A DNA stretch of 8,264 bases from a virus. Taxonomy: Duplodnaviria; Heunggongvirae; Uroviricota; Caudoviricetes. Below, one piece after another: positions 8,046-8,264 of the stretch. Location: IMG/VR virus record IMGVR_UViG_2529292759_000009; one strand, written 5' to 3'. Below the pieces are notes generated by a model that saw only the letters and a program-made list of their open reading frames with translations, ran no database searches and was not told the DNA's origin. How positions within the stretch are numbered: position 1 is the stretch's first letter; each line of letters starts with the position of its first letter. The translations under genes were made by a program, and so were the position numbers.

Positions 8046-8264
8046 ATGTTTCATTGTCCTTTATGCCAGCATGCCGCACATGCGCGTACAAGTCGCTATA
8101 TCACTGACACGACAAAAGAGCGTTATCACCAGTGCCAGAACGTGAATTGCAGCGCCACGTTCATCACTTATGAGTCGGTACAGCGATACATCGTGAAGCC
8201 GGGAGAAGTCCACGCCGTAAGACCGCACCCGTTGCCGTCAGGGCAGCAAATTATGTGGATGTGA
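8046..8264 (+). CDS. ogr: Ogr late-gene transcriptional activator (Cys4 zinc-finger, Ogr/Delta family)
   Basis: 72-aa product MFHCPLCQHAAHARTSRYITDTTKERYHQCQNVNCSATFITYESVQRYIVKPGEVHAVRPHPLPSGQQIMWM with a CxxC...CxxxxC zinc-binding pattern, which I recognise as P2 Ogr-like. GAGG at 8034-8037 lies 8 nt before the ATG at 8046. The ORF-track start at 7983 would add 21 residues and has no comparable ribosome-binding site. The TGA stop is at 8262-8264, the end of the window. Confidence 0.88.
   Translation: MFHCPLCQHAAHARTSRYITDTTKERYHQCQNVNCSATFITYESVQRYIVKPGEVHAVRPHPLPSGQQIMWM

Noticed and set aside
1-8264. Looked for CRISPR repeats, tRNA or tmRNA genes, IS-element terminal inverted repeats, toxin-antitoxin pairs and defence-type cargo genes
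   Set aside because: No periodic direct repeats, no tRNA-like cloverleaf candidates, and no unassigned ORFs of meaningful size. Every substantial ORF is accounted for by the P2-type tail operon and ogr.

Overview
The window is a near-complete late tail-gene block of a P2-family (Peduovirus-like) temperate phage or prophage, most likely in an enterobacterial host. All genes are on the + strand and tightly packed, in the canonical P2 order: 3' end of tail fiber gene H (5'-truncated by the window edge), tail fiber assembly G, intrinsic terminator, late promoter region, tail sheath FI, tail tube FII, tail chaperone E with its -1 frameshift extension E+E', tape measure T, tail protein U, tail protein D, and the zinc-finger late activator ogr, which ends at the last base of the window. 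Product sizes match what I recall for P2 (G 175, FI 396, FII 172, E 91, E+E' 142, T 815, U 159, D 387, Ogr 72 aa); this is from memory, not a database search. I see no tRNA, rRNA, CRISPR array, IS element or defence-type cargo gene. I do not find an undescribed system here; the points worth a second look are the E/E' frameshift that the ORF track cannot show, an apparently empty G/FI junction, a U-tract-less hairpin after FII, a lysine-rich segment in D, and an apparently lower-GC tail fiber module. Every minus-strand ORF in the track lies antisense inside a strongly supported + strand gene and is treated as spurious.
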